Positions 1 through 20,206 of a stretch of 64,000 nucleotides of DNA are shown piece after piece. The DNA lies in contig CAVNZM010000004.1 of the NCBI GenBank assembly GCA_963693365.1, positions 10,506,468 to 10,570,467 of the forward strand. Direction: 5' to 3'. Each line of letters begins with the position of its first letter. The stretch's first letter is position 1. Both the position numbers and the translations under genes were made by a program. The notes under the pieces are model-generated. The model made no database searches, was not told the DNA's origin, and was given only the letters and a program-made list of their open reading frames with translations. Origin of the DNA: Amoebidium appalachense (Eukaryota; Protista; Ichthyosporea).

Positions 1-78
1 ACAAACACACACACACACATGCACACATACACACACGCACATACCCACACACACACACACACACACACACCTACACAC

Positions 79-168
<90 letters not shown>

Positions 169-660
169 CACATACACACACAGTGTACAACACACACACA
201 CACCTATATACACATTCACACCTGCACACACATCCTATATACACATGCACATGTACACTGCTTACACGAGCACAAAGCCACCAAACACATACACACAGAG
301 TGCAATGTGGCAGCGTGCACACACACACACACAAACACACCTACCCACACACGCACATACCGTACACGGCGACACACACTTCACTTGCACAGGCAAATCT
401 ACACTGTTGTCTGTCACACACACACTTGCCCTGTCACACACACACTTGCCCAGACAACCGGCATACCCTGCATACATACACATCTAGCGGAACACATACA
501 CACATGCTCCGCACGTACGCGCACACACATACACACACACACACATACATACACACACACATACATACACACACCCACCCACAAAAAACGCACACGCACA
601 CGCACACCCACCCACCCACACACATGACACGCACACACTCTCACGCGCGCACATATAGAC
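1..660. repeat. Degenerate (CA)n microsatellite field, probably within an intron of the GPCR gene
   Basis: Pure and interrupted CA runs. Representative of many similar tracts, e.g. 8500-8640, 12345-12585, 20030-20204, 28320-28525, 35930-36800, 60300-61110. Confidence 0.95.
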
Positions 661-908
661 ACCTATACACAGTGGCACTTAGATTTCATAATATGGACCG
701 TTAACTGGTGCACCCACTGAGTGGCGTACACGTGCATTTGTGCATTTATCTCGCTGGTCCGAAGCATATATTGTCTAGCTTCACCTTTTCATCCCTTCTA
801 ATGATTTACGAGCCAGCATGTTGACTCCTCCCCCCCAACCCTCTTCCCTCCCCTGCCCCCCCCTCCCCCCTCCCCTTTCCTCCCCCTTCCCCCCCATCCA
901 TCCTCCAG

Positions 909-1302
909 GAAATGGTATGCCTAAGTGCTCTCAGCAGCCCCACCCGCCCACTGACCCTCGAGCTCTGGAATGTTCCGTGGGAAACCTTCGATTCGATTCT
1001 TTCGAGCAAAATACCTGCCTTTGGCTCAATCCCCCAATCAGATCGCCCGGACGTGATCATAGTACGCCACACAGACATACAGACACTGGACGCGCAGCAT
1101 ATGCTTGGAGACGTAAACAGGCACATACAGAGATATATATCGTCGTGTTGGGATAATGGGGAGAATCCGGATGTTGCGGTTCAGAATCTAGTGAGCAGGG
1201 AGGTGTTGAGTTACCTTGCTGACAGTATGAGACTGGATATGGATACGTGGGGGGCTGTGCCTTTTGCGGCTGGATCACAGCTGACAGTCTACAATAGCAG
1301 GT

Positions 1303-1334
<32 letters not shown>

Positions 1335-1523
1335 GGGAGGGGGGCGGGAGGAGGAGGAAGCGGGGGGAAGGAGGGGGAGGGGGGAGTGTGTGTGTTCGTA
1401 CGTGTGGGGAGGGAGGTGGGGGGTAGGGGGCATGTGTGTATTTGTGTGTGCGTGTGTGTTGGGGGGGGGGGGGGGGGGGTATTTGTGTTCGCGTGTGTGC
1501 TGTAGGGGGGGGGGGGTAGGCAT

Positions 1524-1555
<32 letters not shown>

Positions 1556-4500
1556 CACGATTGTGTGTTGTTTGTGTGTTTGTGTGTGTGTGTTGTGTGT
1601 GCATGTTCATGACGTACTACGCGTGCCTGCACGCATGTGAGCGTGTGGCCGCATGCCTGTGCGCACGTGTTCTACCGGCATGCACGTGTACATGTGTGTG
1701 TGTGTGCCTGTATGCACGCCTGCATGCATGCCCGTGCGCGTGTGTTTGTGTTTGTGAACGTGTGTTTGTGTGTGCGCTCTGTGCATATGGCAATCCTCCC
1801 CCCCCCCCCCCCCCCCTCCCCCTCCCACCCTTTTTTTTTTTTTTTAACTGTGCGCCTGCGTGAAAAAAAGAAAAAAGAAAAAAGAAAAAGAAAAGAAAAA
1901 AAAGCCCAAACGAGAAAAGGCAAAATCACATACCCCTTTGCACCTCTGTATTCTGTGCACCAAATGAATTGTCTATGCCCACTCTCGTCAATCAGCGCCC
2001 TCTCCCCCCCCTCCCCCCTCCCTCCCCCTCCCCCCCCCCCCCCCCCCTCCCCCTCCCCCGCCCGTTCCCGTGCCTGTGCCTTTTGCCAACCCTCATCCTC
2101 CCAACAGAACAATTGCGGAATGTGGCTCTCCTGCCCCTCCTGCCCCATTTACCACATATGCGGCATATGCAAAAGAGGCATACAATATGACTTGGTCGTG
2201 GGAGCGATTCATAGCCACCGCACGCAACATTACGCGAAAATTCAACCGGCCGTCGTTTCATTTCGACCCCGGATATGACAACGAAATGCTTTTGTTTCAG
2301 ACGATGCAGGATGGGATGTTTGGACGAATAACAGAGGATGATCCGATTACGGATTACAAGTGCACACTGGGGAGTGATGTATTTTCATCGTCGCTCAAGG
2401 TATGCTTAGAATTTCGTGCCTGGTGGGGGTCCATTCTCTGCATATATGCATTTTCTCACTATACTTAACTTGCCATATGTTACAGCCTATTGCATCTATG
2501 TCCTCCTCCCTTTTTGTGTCTCGTTTTCATTCTTCGCGCTTCCTTCCCTTCGCCCTCCCCCTCCCCTCTTCCCTCCTTTCCCCCCCTCCCCACCCTTCCC
2601 CCCCTTCATCCCCCCCCCCCCCCCCCCCCAACCCCCCCACCCCACCCCTTTTTGCATACCCATCTCGGTATTATGCAGTGAATCCCATACTCACTCCCTC
2701 TTCACGGGCAGGAGCGACTTCTTCCCCTCATCACCGAAGGGTTGATGGATCTCGACATATTTCCGCCCGACGACCCGAATTTCATTGAATGGAATAGCTC
2801 ATACCCTAACATTGGAATGCCGCCCAAAGCCCCATTCGTGCAATACGACAATATGGATTCCGTGGGACCCGGAACCCCCGAATCACAGAAAATCCTTTTT
2901 GGGCTGAGTTTGAGCAATAGCGATGAACCCGCACCCAACCACCCTGAAATTTCAATCACGGTACCCCCCCACACATTTTCAACACTTTATGGCTACGGTC
3001 TTGCCATCACCCCGAATGCACGAAACAGCAGTTTGGCGTGGGAGATGATCCTGCAGTTAATTTCCTTCGAGCGGGGGTTTTTGGCAGGCGCAAATTACGC
3101 AATGGATTTTTTCCCTCCCTACGCAGGAGCCGAATACGTGGCCGAATGGCCGTGGAGCAAGGAGCCCCGAGCCAAATTTATTATGCTTTCTGTCAAAAAT
3201 TTTGCGATCCCAATCGGATTTCCTTATGGAACCCCCAAGGAAATTGCATCATTTCGGCAGTTTAAACCCCTCAGACATTACCTTTTGGGGTTGGCGGTGA
3301 AAAACGATTCCGTGGAAAGTGCGGCCGCCGTGGCATGCAGTGTTATGAATCACGCCTTCCTCCCCACATGCACGTACTCTAGCCACCTGGACTCTAAACA
3401 GAGCACATGTGACCCCCTGTCGAATGAAATCAAAATCGAATTTTCATGGAAAATGCACAACGCCACACATGTTTCATGCCGCGACGACAACAACACGCTC
3501 CCGCACCCCACGATGCTCGCATGCAATTTTGTCGGACGAAAAACTCAAAAAGCGGTCGCGGGGTATGCTCTTGGCGGTGTCAGTCTTCTTTACTGCCTAT
3601 TTTTAGGAGTCGGAGTGTGGACGTTACGCAAAAGGAAGGGTATAAAAAGCGCCTCGCCGATATTTTGCATCACTATTCTCGTTGGTGCCGCTCTCATGTT
3701 TACTTCTCTCTTCCTGTTTCCTGGCCTCCCTTCGCCTTTCAGAATGGGCATGGCTGTTGCCGTGTTTACCACGGGTTTTACCCTCCTCTTTGCCTCGCTC
3801 GCCGTGAAACTTTACCGCATTCACATATGTTTCGACAAGGCGCGAAAGATTCGAACGGCGACTTCCTATGATCTACACGACCGAAATCTCGCCGTAATCG
3901 TCCTAATCTTAGTTTTTATAAACATTCTACTATGTGTTCTATTCTTGACAACAGAAGGTGTTCAACCAATTATGACGCACAAACAGATAACCATCGTAGG
4001 GGGGACCAATGAGTATCCAGGGATAGGGTCGGTAGTATTCAACGTGGATTCAACGGGAATTCTGCTGCCCGTTGGGGCTGCGTTTTGGGTGCTGTGTGTG
4101 TACAACTCGATCCTTGTGTTGGCCTGCTGCATGCTGAGTGCAACCATCTGGAGTGTGCCCAGTGAGTACCAGGAAGGTGTGTGCCTGCCCCCCCCCCCCC
4201 CCCCCCCCCCCCCCTCTTCCTTCCCCCCCCCCAAACACCGTATACACACAAACACACAAAACAAAACATAACAAAACCACAGGTTGCAGTGGTGTTTGTA
4301 GATGTTGAGAATGAGCCCGTTACGGGTCCTATTTACTTCTGAAAACTCACATGATCAGTGAAGGGTCTAACGCTTCCCCCCTCCCCCCTTCCCCCCTCCC
4401 CCCCCCCCCCCCTCCTCCCCCCCCCCCCAACCCCCTCCCCCTACCCCCATAATATCCCCCATTCCCTCAGATCGTCTTCTCTCCGGTGACTAGCCCCACT

Positions 4501-5632
4501 TTTTTACGTTGAGGGGGGGGGGGGGGGGGGGGGGGCAAGGTCAAGTGTGTTGCAGAGCATGAAGCACACGTATTCATCCACGACCGACAATTAGTAATGC
4601 AGATTGAAGGACACACCAACTCCACACCCCGACCCACCCACTTTTTCAACCATCGGCACTCTTTGTGTGTGCCCTTTTTAAACTTGATCTTATTTGACTG
4701 TGTACTTCGTACTGTGAGCTTGCATTCTGAGTTCTAACCCTTCCCCCCCTCCCCCCCCCCGGCAAACACACACAGGCAAATTCATGGTAGCCGTTGTGTA
4801 CAACCTCCTTGTAGTTTTCATCATAGCCGGGCCTATGATCACAAACTACACCGACAACACCACCCGCTACACCGTCGTATGCGGCGCCACGTTTTTCTCC
4901 CTTTTCCTCGCCCTCTCTATACTCTTCATCCCCAAGATTTCCCGCGCCATCGGATTCGCAATCGCTCTTCATGGGTTCAGTTCCTATACCCAATCAACAC
5001 AGATGCAAAACATGGAGGGAGGTAATGGCAACCGTGTGTGTTGGAGAGGAGACAGTAAAAAAGGGACGTTAACACAAGCACGTCGAACCGGGAATCTACC
5101 TACATCTATTACACAAGGGGCAGCCATGCGCACATGTTCTACGGGAACAAGGAGATTGCTTCTTCCACGCCAACCACCGGGAGAGGTACCTAGGCCATCT
5201 ACAAGAAGCGACATATCGGCGGATATATCAGATGAGGCGAGCACAAAACGAGAAAGAGTGGAGGGGACAATACTTATGCAGACGCTACAGCAAACGGATT
5301 CGGATCTGGGATCAGTGCGCGTGTTCGGATACAAGCAAAAACCTGCTTGTTCGCCATCGTTGGCATTGCTTGGTGCTGGAAACTCAACTGCATACGTGGG
5401 TTGTTCGAGTAGTGATGCATTCCTGTATGACCCACACACACCGCCTGCTTCACCAGATCCGGCACCTTCAATATCTCGTATAATGCACGCACAGAGCACG
5501 CAACATGTTGTTAGGATGTTCGAGGCAAGAATAGCCGAGTTAGAGGATAGGAATAAGTCTTTGACTTTGCAGCTGGAAAAGACACAAAAGGGAAAGAATG
5601 TGAGCCAGGTGGGTGGCCGTAGAAGTCTTTAG
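909..5632 (+). CDS. Class C (GABA-B-like, 7tm_3) G-protein-coupled receptor with N-terminal extracellular solute-binding-protein-like domain; 5' exon(s) probably upstream of window
   Basis: Phase-consistent GT-AG exons 909-1300, 2108-2399, 2712-4176, 4776-5632 (about 1001 aa). Seven hydrophobic segments with class C motifs: 'RKGIKSASPIFCITILVG', 'GFTLLFASLAVKLYRIH', and 'VPSEYQEGKFMVAVVYN' across the last junction. The N-terminal part has sugar-SBP-like motifs: 'PDVIIV', 'AVPF..SQLTVYN', 'TWSWERFIATARNI', 'GYGLAITPNARNSSLAWEMI'. Confidence 0.88.
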
Positions 5633-6714
5633 CAAGTTTTCATGTTTACTTGATAACACTGGTTGTAGATATCGTTGATGGTCGTAACTTTTTATTGCGA
5701 AAGATTTAGAGTGTTACATCTGTTAGCTCTACTGGATGGAGCTGGCAACTCAAGGTTAGCTAGGATTTTAGATAATGGCATGAATGAATGTCGCTACAAA
5801 ACTTCACTTCAGAGCACATATTTTGTACAGTACAACACAGGTGTGACAGTAAATGACGACATCTTATTCAGGTTGTACTATGAAGGTTGTTTTCATATAC
5901 AAAGAGGTACCACTAGCGAATTTTCTTGGGGGAAAGGTGGCACCTGCATGCAGCCCACTTATTTCTACCGTGCGCCGGCACGTAGCTGTGTCCACCAAAC
6001 GACCGTACACATGTACACGTACACAGACACACCGCACGCATGCACACACACACACACGCATACACACACACACACACACACCGTGAAACACACAAACACA
6101 CACATACACCATACACGTGCAGCCTCAGTCACACTGCTTCCCACACCCACTCATAGGGGGGATTACGTAACATACATGATATCCTCGAACATATAAACCA
6201 CTTATATATCATACTCTCGTCTAATATCTGCTTCGGTTCTTTGGCGGCTCTTTTTCATATTCTCGAGGTTTTTTGATCTTTCCTCGAGGATGTCAAACGC
6301 TCGTTTAGCTGAGGATGACCACGCAAACTTAGTCGTCGTTCTTTCACAGAAAGTGTCATGTTGAGCCGGAGAGATGTAAAGGGACTTTTTTTTCCGTGTT
6401 AAGGGTTAAAGAAGAGAAACAAAACATATTTTGTGTGTGCTAAATGAATCTTGCACAGAAGATTGTTTGCAAAATATTTAGAACGTTTACTTGCTTCGTC
6501 CTTTGTGCTGACAAGCTTCAGGCCGGCACATGTTTTAGGTGTTTTCATAAGAAAGTTTTCCCGACACGAATACATCTTTTCCAGCGTCATAATTCACTCA
6601 ACTAGCAACCTAAAATACCTCTTACAGTGAGCACACGTGCCTGCTTTCAGCTTTGCACGTGTTAAGTTGTCAAATCTTGCTGTGAGAGCGGGAAGACACT
6701 TACCGTCACTCGGG

Positions 6715-13284
<6,570 letters not shown>

Positions 13285-13749
13285 TGCAAAGAAACGGTGG
13301 TGTCTGCCCGTACGTTCCCAACAATATGCTAATATGCTGCCAGGATCATGCGGCCCAAGTGGGATGTGTGCTCAATTCATTTATTGCACCTTTGACTGCC
13401 TATGGGCGTAGAGGGCAGAGCGTCGTGCCTTGGCGTGTTGTTGTATTTGTGAATCGGGCTTGTTTGTCTTTGCAAATTTCGAAGAGTTTTTTTTACCTTC
13501 TTTTCTTAAAAAAAATGCCTGATTAGGAAGCCTCAGGACTTTCTTTTGTTTTCTTCTGTTTCCATCTTTTTGTATTTAAAATAATGTGTGCCAGGTGAAT
13601 GTGGGGGGGTGACATGTGATAATATGTTATGCGAATTATGCATGAAACTGAAAGCCATGCTTCTTCTAATACACCTGTCAGACTGAATTGTTGTAGCCTA
13701 GGCCTACACACTTGAAAATGTATAAGCTGTACAAGTGTGTGTGCCACTG

Positions 13750-13815
<66 letters not shown>

Positions 13816-13904
13816 TGTGAGTGATTTATAATGACACACAGTTTGTGTGTGTGTGTTGTACATGTGTGTGTGTGTGTGTTACGGTGTGTTTGTGTGTCTT
13901 TCAA

Positions 13905-13949
13905 CTCTTCCTCCCTCCCTCCCTCCCTCCCTCCCTCCCTCCTTTTTTT

Positions 13950-14014
<65 letters not shown>

Positions 14015-14038
14015 CTCTCTCTCTCTAGCTAGATCTCT

Positions 14039-14103
<65 letters not shown>

Positions 14104-14170
14104 CCCCCCCCCCCCCCCCCTCTCTCTCTCTCAGACTGGGGCTCTCTCTCTCTCTCTCTCTCTCTCTGTC
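13905..14170. repeat. (CT)n / (CCCT)n polypyrimidine microsatellite; similar tract at about 55335-55735
   Basis: Directly visible. Confidence 0.9.
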
Positions 14171-14274
14171 CCCCTATGTGTACACGTGTGTGTGTGTGTG
14201 TGTGTGTGGGTCTGTGGTTGTGTGTTTGCGTTTGCTGTGTGCGCCACGGACAGTGTGTGTGTGTGTGTGGGTGA

Positions 14275-14329
<55 letters not shown>

Positions 14330-15214
14330 TGTGTGCGCGCGCATGTCACTACGTGCACGTACATCTGTGCGTGTACCGTACATACCTGCAGACATGCCAT
14401 TGGACACACGTCATGTAACTCGTGGATTACTGATTACGGTATCATGTACAAACGATTGTTGACATCAACAGGAATGTTATAGGTAGTCTAGACCCCTGGT
14501 CATTTCGTCTCTGTCACCCTCCCCCCCCTCCCCCCCCCCCCCCATTCCCCCTATCCCCCCCCCCCCCCCCCCCCCCCCGGGCCTTTGCCTCTCTTCCCAT
14601 AATAGCAAACCCACCGTACATCCCAGTGTGTTTCTCCCCGGGCCCCATCATCAATGGAACCCCAATGTATCGCTATCCGATAATCCATTTGGTTGTTCTT
14701 CAACTCACCAACACCACCATACCTACAAACAGAGACAATACATCCACAGAAAACACGGAGAGGCAGGCAACATCGCAGCTCACAGACAATTTTAGACCGT
14801 GACAGGTTCGAACACGAGAACATACGAGCCAAGGAACAAATTCTAATGCAGGGCGACGGCAAGACATAAAAGAGAAACGGAAGGTATTTACAATGTCTTT
14901 TGGGATGTGGGAGAGATAGAAGGCGAGGGGGGATCGGGGGTGGGTGGTGGTGGTGGTGGTGGTGGGGGGGGGGGGGGGGGGGGAGAAAGAAGCGGGGAAG
15001 AGGGGGATAGTTTCGGCAAAGAGAGAGAAGGGGGACAGGGGGGAGGGGAGCCGAGGGAAGGATAATGGATAGGGGCGGAGAGTGAGAAAGGAGGCACGAG
15101 GAAGGGGGAAGGGCGGGAGGGGGGGGGGGGGGGGGGGGGGGACGCGAGAGAGAGAAAGAGAGAGAAAGAAATCGCCCACAAAGGAGAAGAAGAAGCCACA
15201 GGAAGGACACCCAC

Positions 15215-16300
15215 CAGCAGTGTTTTCTTGTTTTCCATCGCCACCACCAATAGATGCTCCCCTTCCTCCACCCCGTCCACGGCGGCACACGCCCACACCT
15301 TTCCGCCGCATTTGATTGGCTCCTTGTTGACCCTCTTAGCCAATGAAACGTCCCAGATTGCCACGGTGCCGTCCAATGAGCCAGAGACGACATAGTGTTT
15401 AAGGCCTAAAGGCTGAAGGGACCAAACCCAGTTGCGGTGTGCCCTTATGCGGTTAAGGCAGCGCATCTCCGTCTGTGTGTGCGCGTGTGTGTATGTGTGT
15501 GGTGGTGGTGGTGGTGCGGGGTAGTATGTGTTACTGGCGGCCCTTTTAGGGGGGGGGGGGGGGGGGGAGGGCTCGAGAGGGAGAGGGATGCTCACAAAAA
15601 GGCAACATATTCAGCCGGGTCTCCCCTCTCCTCCCTCCCCCCCCCCCCCCCCCTCCCCTCCCCCCCCTCCGTCATCTTGACTCTTTCCTCCCCCTCCCCC
15701 TTCATTTCTCTCCCTCCCTCTCTCTCCCCCCCACCCTCCCCACCCTCTCCCACTCACCCGGCTTTTTCTAACGTTTCTCATTTTTCCCCTCCCATCCTCT
15801 CTCCCATGTGTGTGTGTGTGGGGGGGGGGGGGGGGGGGGGGGGGGGGGAGGGGGGGGGGGGGGGAGGAAGGGGGGGAGGGGGGGATGGGATGGGAGGGGG
15901 TGCTTATGTGATGGGGTAGAGGTGGTGATGGTTGCAAATGGGCGCCACCTACGAGGTCTAAACTTGTGTGATCCCAAATACAGATGATGCAATCGGTGCC
16001 CCCAGAGAGGAGCACACGACGTGTGGGTAGGTCCACCATACACAGGGAGAGAACGGACCCTTGAATTAAGGCCATATGGGTGTTAGCAAGGTGGAGGCAA
16101 GTTACCAAATAAGCTAAAAAAATGGACAATGGTCGCTTTTGATTGGTTCTTGGGTGGCCAGAAGTGGGGGATTCTGTCCTAAAAATACGGTTTATTCGAG
16201 GTATACGAATGAGCATCTGACCGGTGGCCTATGGAAGCGTCCTCGGGGGGAGGGGGAAGTTTTTTTCTTTCTTTCTTTTTTTTTTTGGGGGGGGGGGGGG

Positions 16301-16336
<36 letters not shown>

Positions 16337-16486
16337 GGGGGGGCTCATTTTGTAGTACGTAATGCATGAAAAAGGATATGTTATAGAAATTGAGTGAAGT
16401 ACCCAACAACGTGTGTGACCTAATGTGTGGGTTAGTGGGGGGATGGAATGACGTGAGGCGAGATGTGCATATGTGCGTGTGTGTCT

Positions 16487-16523
<37 letters not shown>

Positions 16524-19362
16524 TTATAACAAGCACTCAGATCCACCCAAGTAACGAAGGGCACCCGCCAGGCCCTAGCCTACACTTCATCCCTCTCATC
16601 TCTTTCTCGGTGCCAGTCACAGAAGACACAACACACACAATTTGCCTCACTAGATTCAACACCACCTCCCCGCTTGCTGTCATATCCATTACCCCCCCAC
16701 TTCCTCCAGGCCTCGTGGTTGGCTGCTCCATTCTCCCCCCCCCCCCCCCCCTCTTCCTCATCACCCCCCCCCTCCCCCCATCTGCGCCCCTCTCCCCCCC
16801 CCCCCCCCCCACTCCCCTCCCAAAAAGGAAAGAAAAAAAAGAAAAGACCAAAGAAAGACAAACAAAGACCGTGCGCAACAGGCACAAATCCCACAACGAT
16901 AACAGCAGCATCCAGAAAAGCGGGGACAAAAACAAAAAGGCGGGAGGAAAAATAGAAGGGAGGGGGAATAAAAAAAAAAATGTGCCCCATCCTACACCCA
17001 AAACACACCATGGAGAAACCAGTTATATAAAACCACAACAGAAATGCTCACCCGTGTGTGCCTTGATCTGTGACTCTGCAGTCCCCTTGTTTACATCCCA
17101 CAGTCTTATGACACCATCCTCCCCTCCCGTCAGAATTTTTCCCTCCTCCCCCCTCACCGGACAAACTATCCACACCACAGAACCAACTTCCAACTCTGAA
17201 ACCGCTCTCTCCCCTTCCTTCAACTTCCCGGAAACATGGCTTACGAAACCCGTTTGTCGCATGAGCCGCTTACGGAAAACCGGCTGCAGTGGGGTATGTC
17301 TAGGGGTTGGTCTTCTAATGAAGCCCTGTCTTCCAGTGCATGCACCGAATTTCCCGTTTTCGTTTCGGATTCTGAACCGATGTCTTCCGTTTCCGGTGTG
17401 TTCACTTGGTGTCCCTTCGAGACGCGGCTTCTTTAATGGACGGCCGTTTTCTCCCTCTGTTTCCAACTCGTTTTCCCCTGTGCATTCGCCCTCCTTTTCC
17501 CTTTTTCCTACACTTTCTTTTTCCGTTTCGCACTTTGTGTTATTTTCCTTTTCCTTTTCTTCCTTAGATTCCCTTCCGAGTTCTCTCTTGTTTTCCCCGG
17601 TGTTTTCTCCCTCCTTTTCCTCTCCGCCGGCTCCCACCACATCCCTTTCGTGTCCTCCCACATCCATTCCTTCCATCTTCCCTTCACTTTCCATTCCCCT
17701 CCTACCCTCGGTTTCGCTATTTCCTCCCTGGCTTTCTTTGTTTATACTATTTACCGATTGGTCTTTTTCGTTGGCGATGTTTGTCGAATTACCGTTGTCT
17801 TGGCTTGTGACATTTGCCACACTGTTGTTCTCATTTGCGGTATTTGTTGAATTATCGCTTTCCTTTGCGATCATTGCCGATGTGTCGATTTCTAGGGCGG
17901 AAATTCCGTTTTCCTGATTTCCACCCTGGCTTTCGGTATTTTTGGATTCGATTTCCATACTTGCTTTGCCCGTATCGACCGACGATTCGCTGCGGCTTTC
18001 CTCGATGCCATTCTTAGTTCCCGCGTTTTCGGTAGTTTCGGTTTCGATGACACTATCCTTCTTCTCGGAATCCACCTCCATTTTGCTACTTTCCTGCACT
18101 TTCTTTTCATCCTCCCCAAACCCGTTTACGTATTCCATTATAGACGCTTCGAGCTCGCGCGCCGAACTCGTCGGGTCATATTCATCCCTTGACTCCAACA
18201 TCTCCGTTTGTGTTTTATCTTTCTCCTGCGGCCCCTGCGCCGTTCTATCCCCCGTGTGTGGTGTCTGTTCTTCCGTGTGTGTCGATGCCTGCGTGTGGAA
18301 AATGCCTTGTGAGTATGTCTAGCCCTTTCTCCTTACCAACCCCCCCCCCCCCCCCCCCCTCCCTCCCCCTCTTCCCCCCTGTCCCTGCCCCCCCCCCCCC
18401 TCCCCCCTCCCCCCCCCCTCCCCCTCCCCCCCCCCCCCCCCCCCCCCCCCAAACACACACATCCTCTGAAGGTATGAATGGGGTGGCGGACACTCCTACA
18501 GCTATTCCGATAACAAATAATAATTCTCTCCCTGACCATATTTCTTGATCAGAACACATTTTCCAACCAACACATCCAAACACCTGCTTGCCCACCTCCT
18601 GCACCTCTGTTTCCCCGTGACCAAAAGGCTACTAAATGAGATATGGTGATGTGCTTTCGGCACTGAACTGACCATAAATGGCTAGAAGGATGTGGTGCTT
18701 GGCTGAAGTCGTTGGGGAAAGGCGAAGCAGTGGTGTAGGCAAAGGTTTTTTTTTTCCTTTTCCTTTTTCTTTTCTTTTCATTTCTTTTTTTTGCTTTGAC
18801 AGGGAAGGTGTTGGAGGGTAGGTTGGGGGGTTGGGGGGAGGGGAAGTGTTTGGGAAACGAAGAATGGAAGGAAAGGAGAGATGGGAGATAGCAAGGTGGG
18901 GGGAAGCAGGGGAGGAGGAGGGGGGCGGAAGAGAGGGGTAGGCAGGAGGAGAGTGAGAGAAGGGACGAAGTATTACAGAAGGGAGGTTGAAAGGACAAGG
19001 GTTAAGCATGGAAGAGAAACAATAGGGAGAAAGGGGGAGGGGGGAGGGGGGGAGGATGGCCGCGTGGAAGAGGATGGGAGGGGGGGGGGGGGGGGGTTTG
19101 AATGCGTCAAAAAGTACGAAGTACACAAGAACAAACGGATAACACGATGCAGAATGCAAGCCATACATAAAGAGTATGCATAATAAGCAGAGCCCATCCT
19201 CAGGGGGGGCCCACGTCATCCACAGTACCCGAGTTTCGACCTATTCCCCTCGTTAACGAAACCCAACTCAGATAGGGGGGGGGGGGGGGGGACGGGGAGA
19301 GAGGGAGGGGGGCGACGGGGAGAGAGGGAGGGGGGAGGCGGGGGGAGGGGGAGGAGGGAGGG

Positions 19363-19425
<63 letters not shown>

Positions 19426-19690
19426 CATATATGTATGTTTGTGTGTGTGTATATATATATATATATACACATGGATGTATGGATGTATATGTTGGGGAAG
19501 ACAGAGGGAGGAGAGGGACAGGGGAGGGGAGAGCGAGAGTGAGAGAGAGAAACAGTGGAGAGGGGAAAGGGGGGGGAAGGAGGGGGGGGGGGGGAGAGAG
19601 AGAGAGAGAGAGAGGCAGACAGAAAAAGAGAAAAGAGATAGAAAGAGAGTTGGGGGGAAGGGGGAGCGCGGAAAGGGGATGGAGGGAGGC

Positions 19691-19723
<33 letters not shown>

Positions 19724-19726
19724 AAT

Positions 19727-19759
<33 letters not shown>

Positions 19760-19864
19760 TATATGTGGGGGAGGGGGAGGGGGTGTTTAAGAGATACTGA
19801 GAAAACCGGACAGGTCGAGAGTAATCACGATTGAGAGAACGGGGGAGAGAGAGAGTGAAATACA

Positions 19865-19907
<43 letters not shown>

Positions 19908-20044
19908 GACAGAAAGAGAGAGAGAGAGAGAGGAGCGAAAGAATAATTGAGAGCGAAAATGAAAGAGGGAGTGACAGTCGGAAGCGAGTGAGAGTGAAGG
20001 ACTAAAAGAGTGGGGGTGGTACTGGCACACACACACACACACAT

Positions 20045-20116
<72 letters not shown>

Positions 20117-20117
20117 G

Positions 20118-20206
<89 letters not shown>

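Noticed and set aside
5675-6196. 173-aa ORF downstream of the GPCR
   Set aside because: TTG start, lies in the probable 3'UTR and is extended by a CA repeat; no motif.
13678-14860. Candidate terminal exons of the RING-WD40 gene (about 14705-14722, 14385-14425, 13678-13746)
   Set aside because: Several incompatible phase solutions; not supportable without transcripts.
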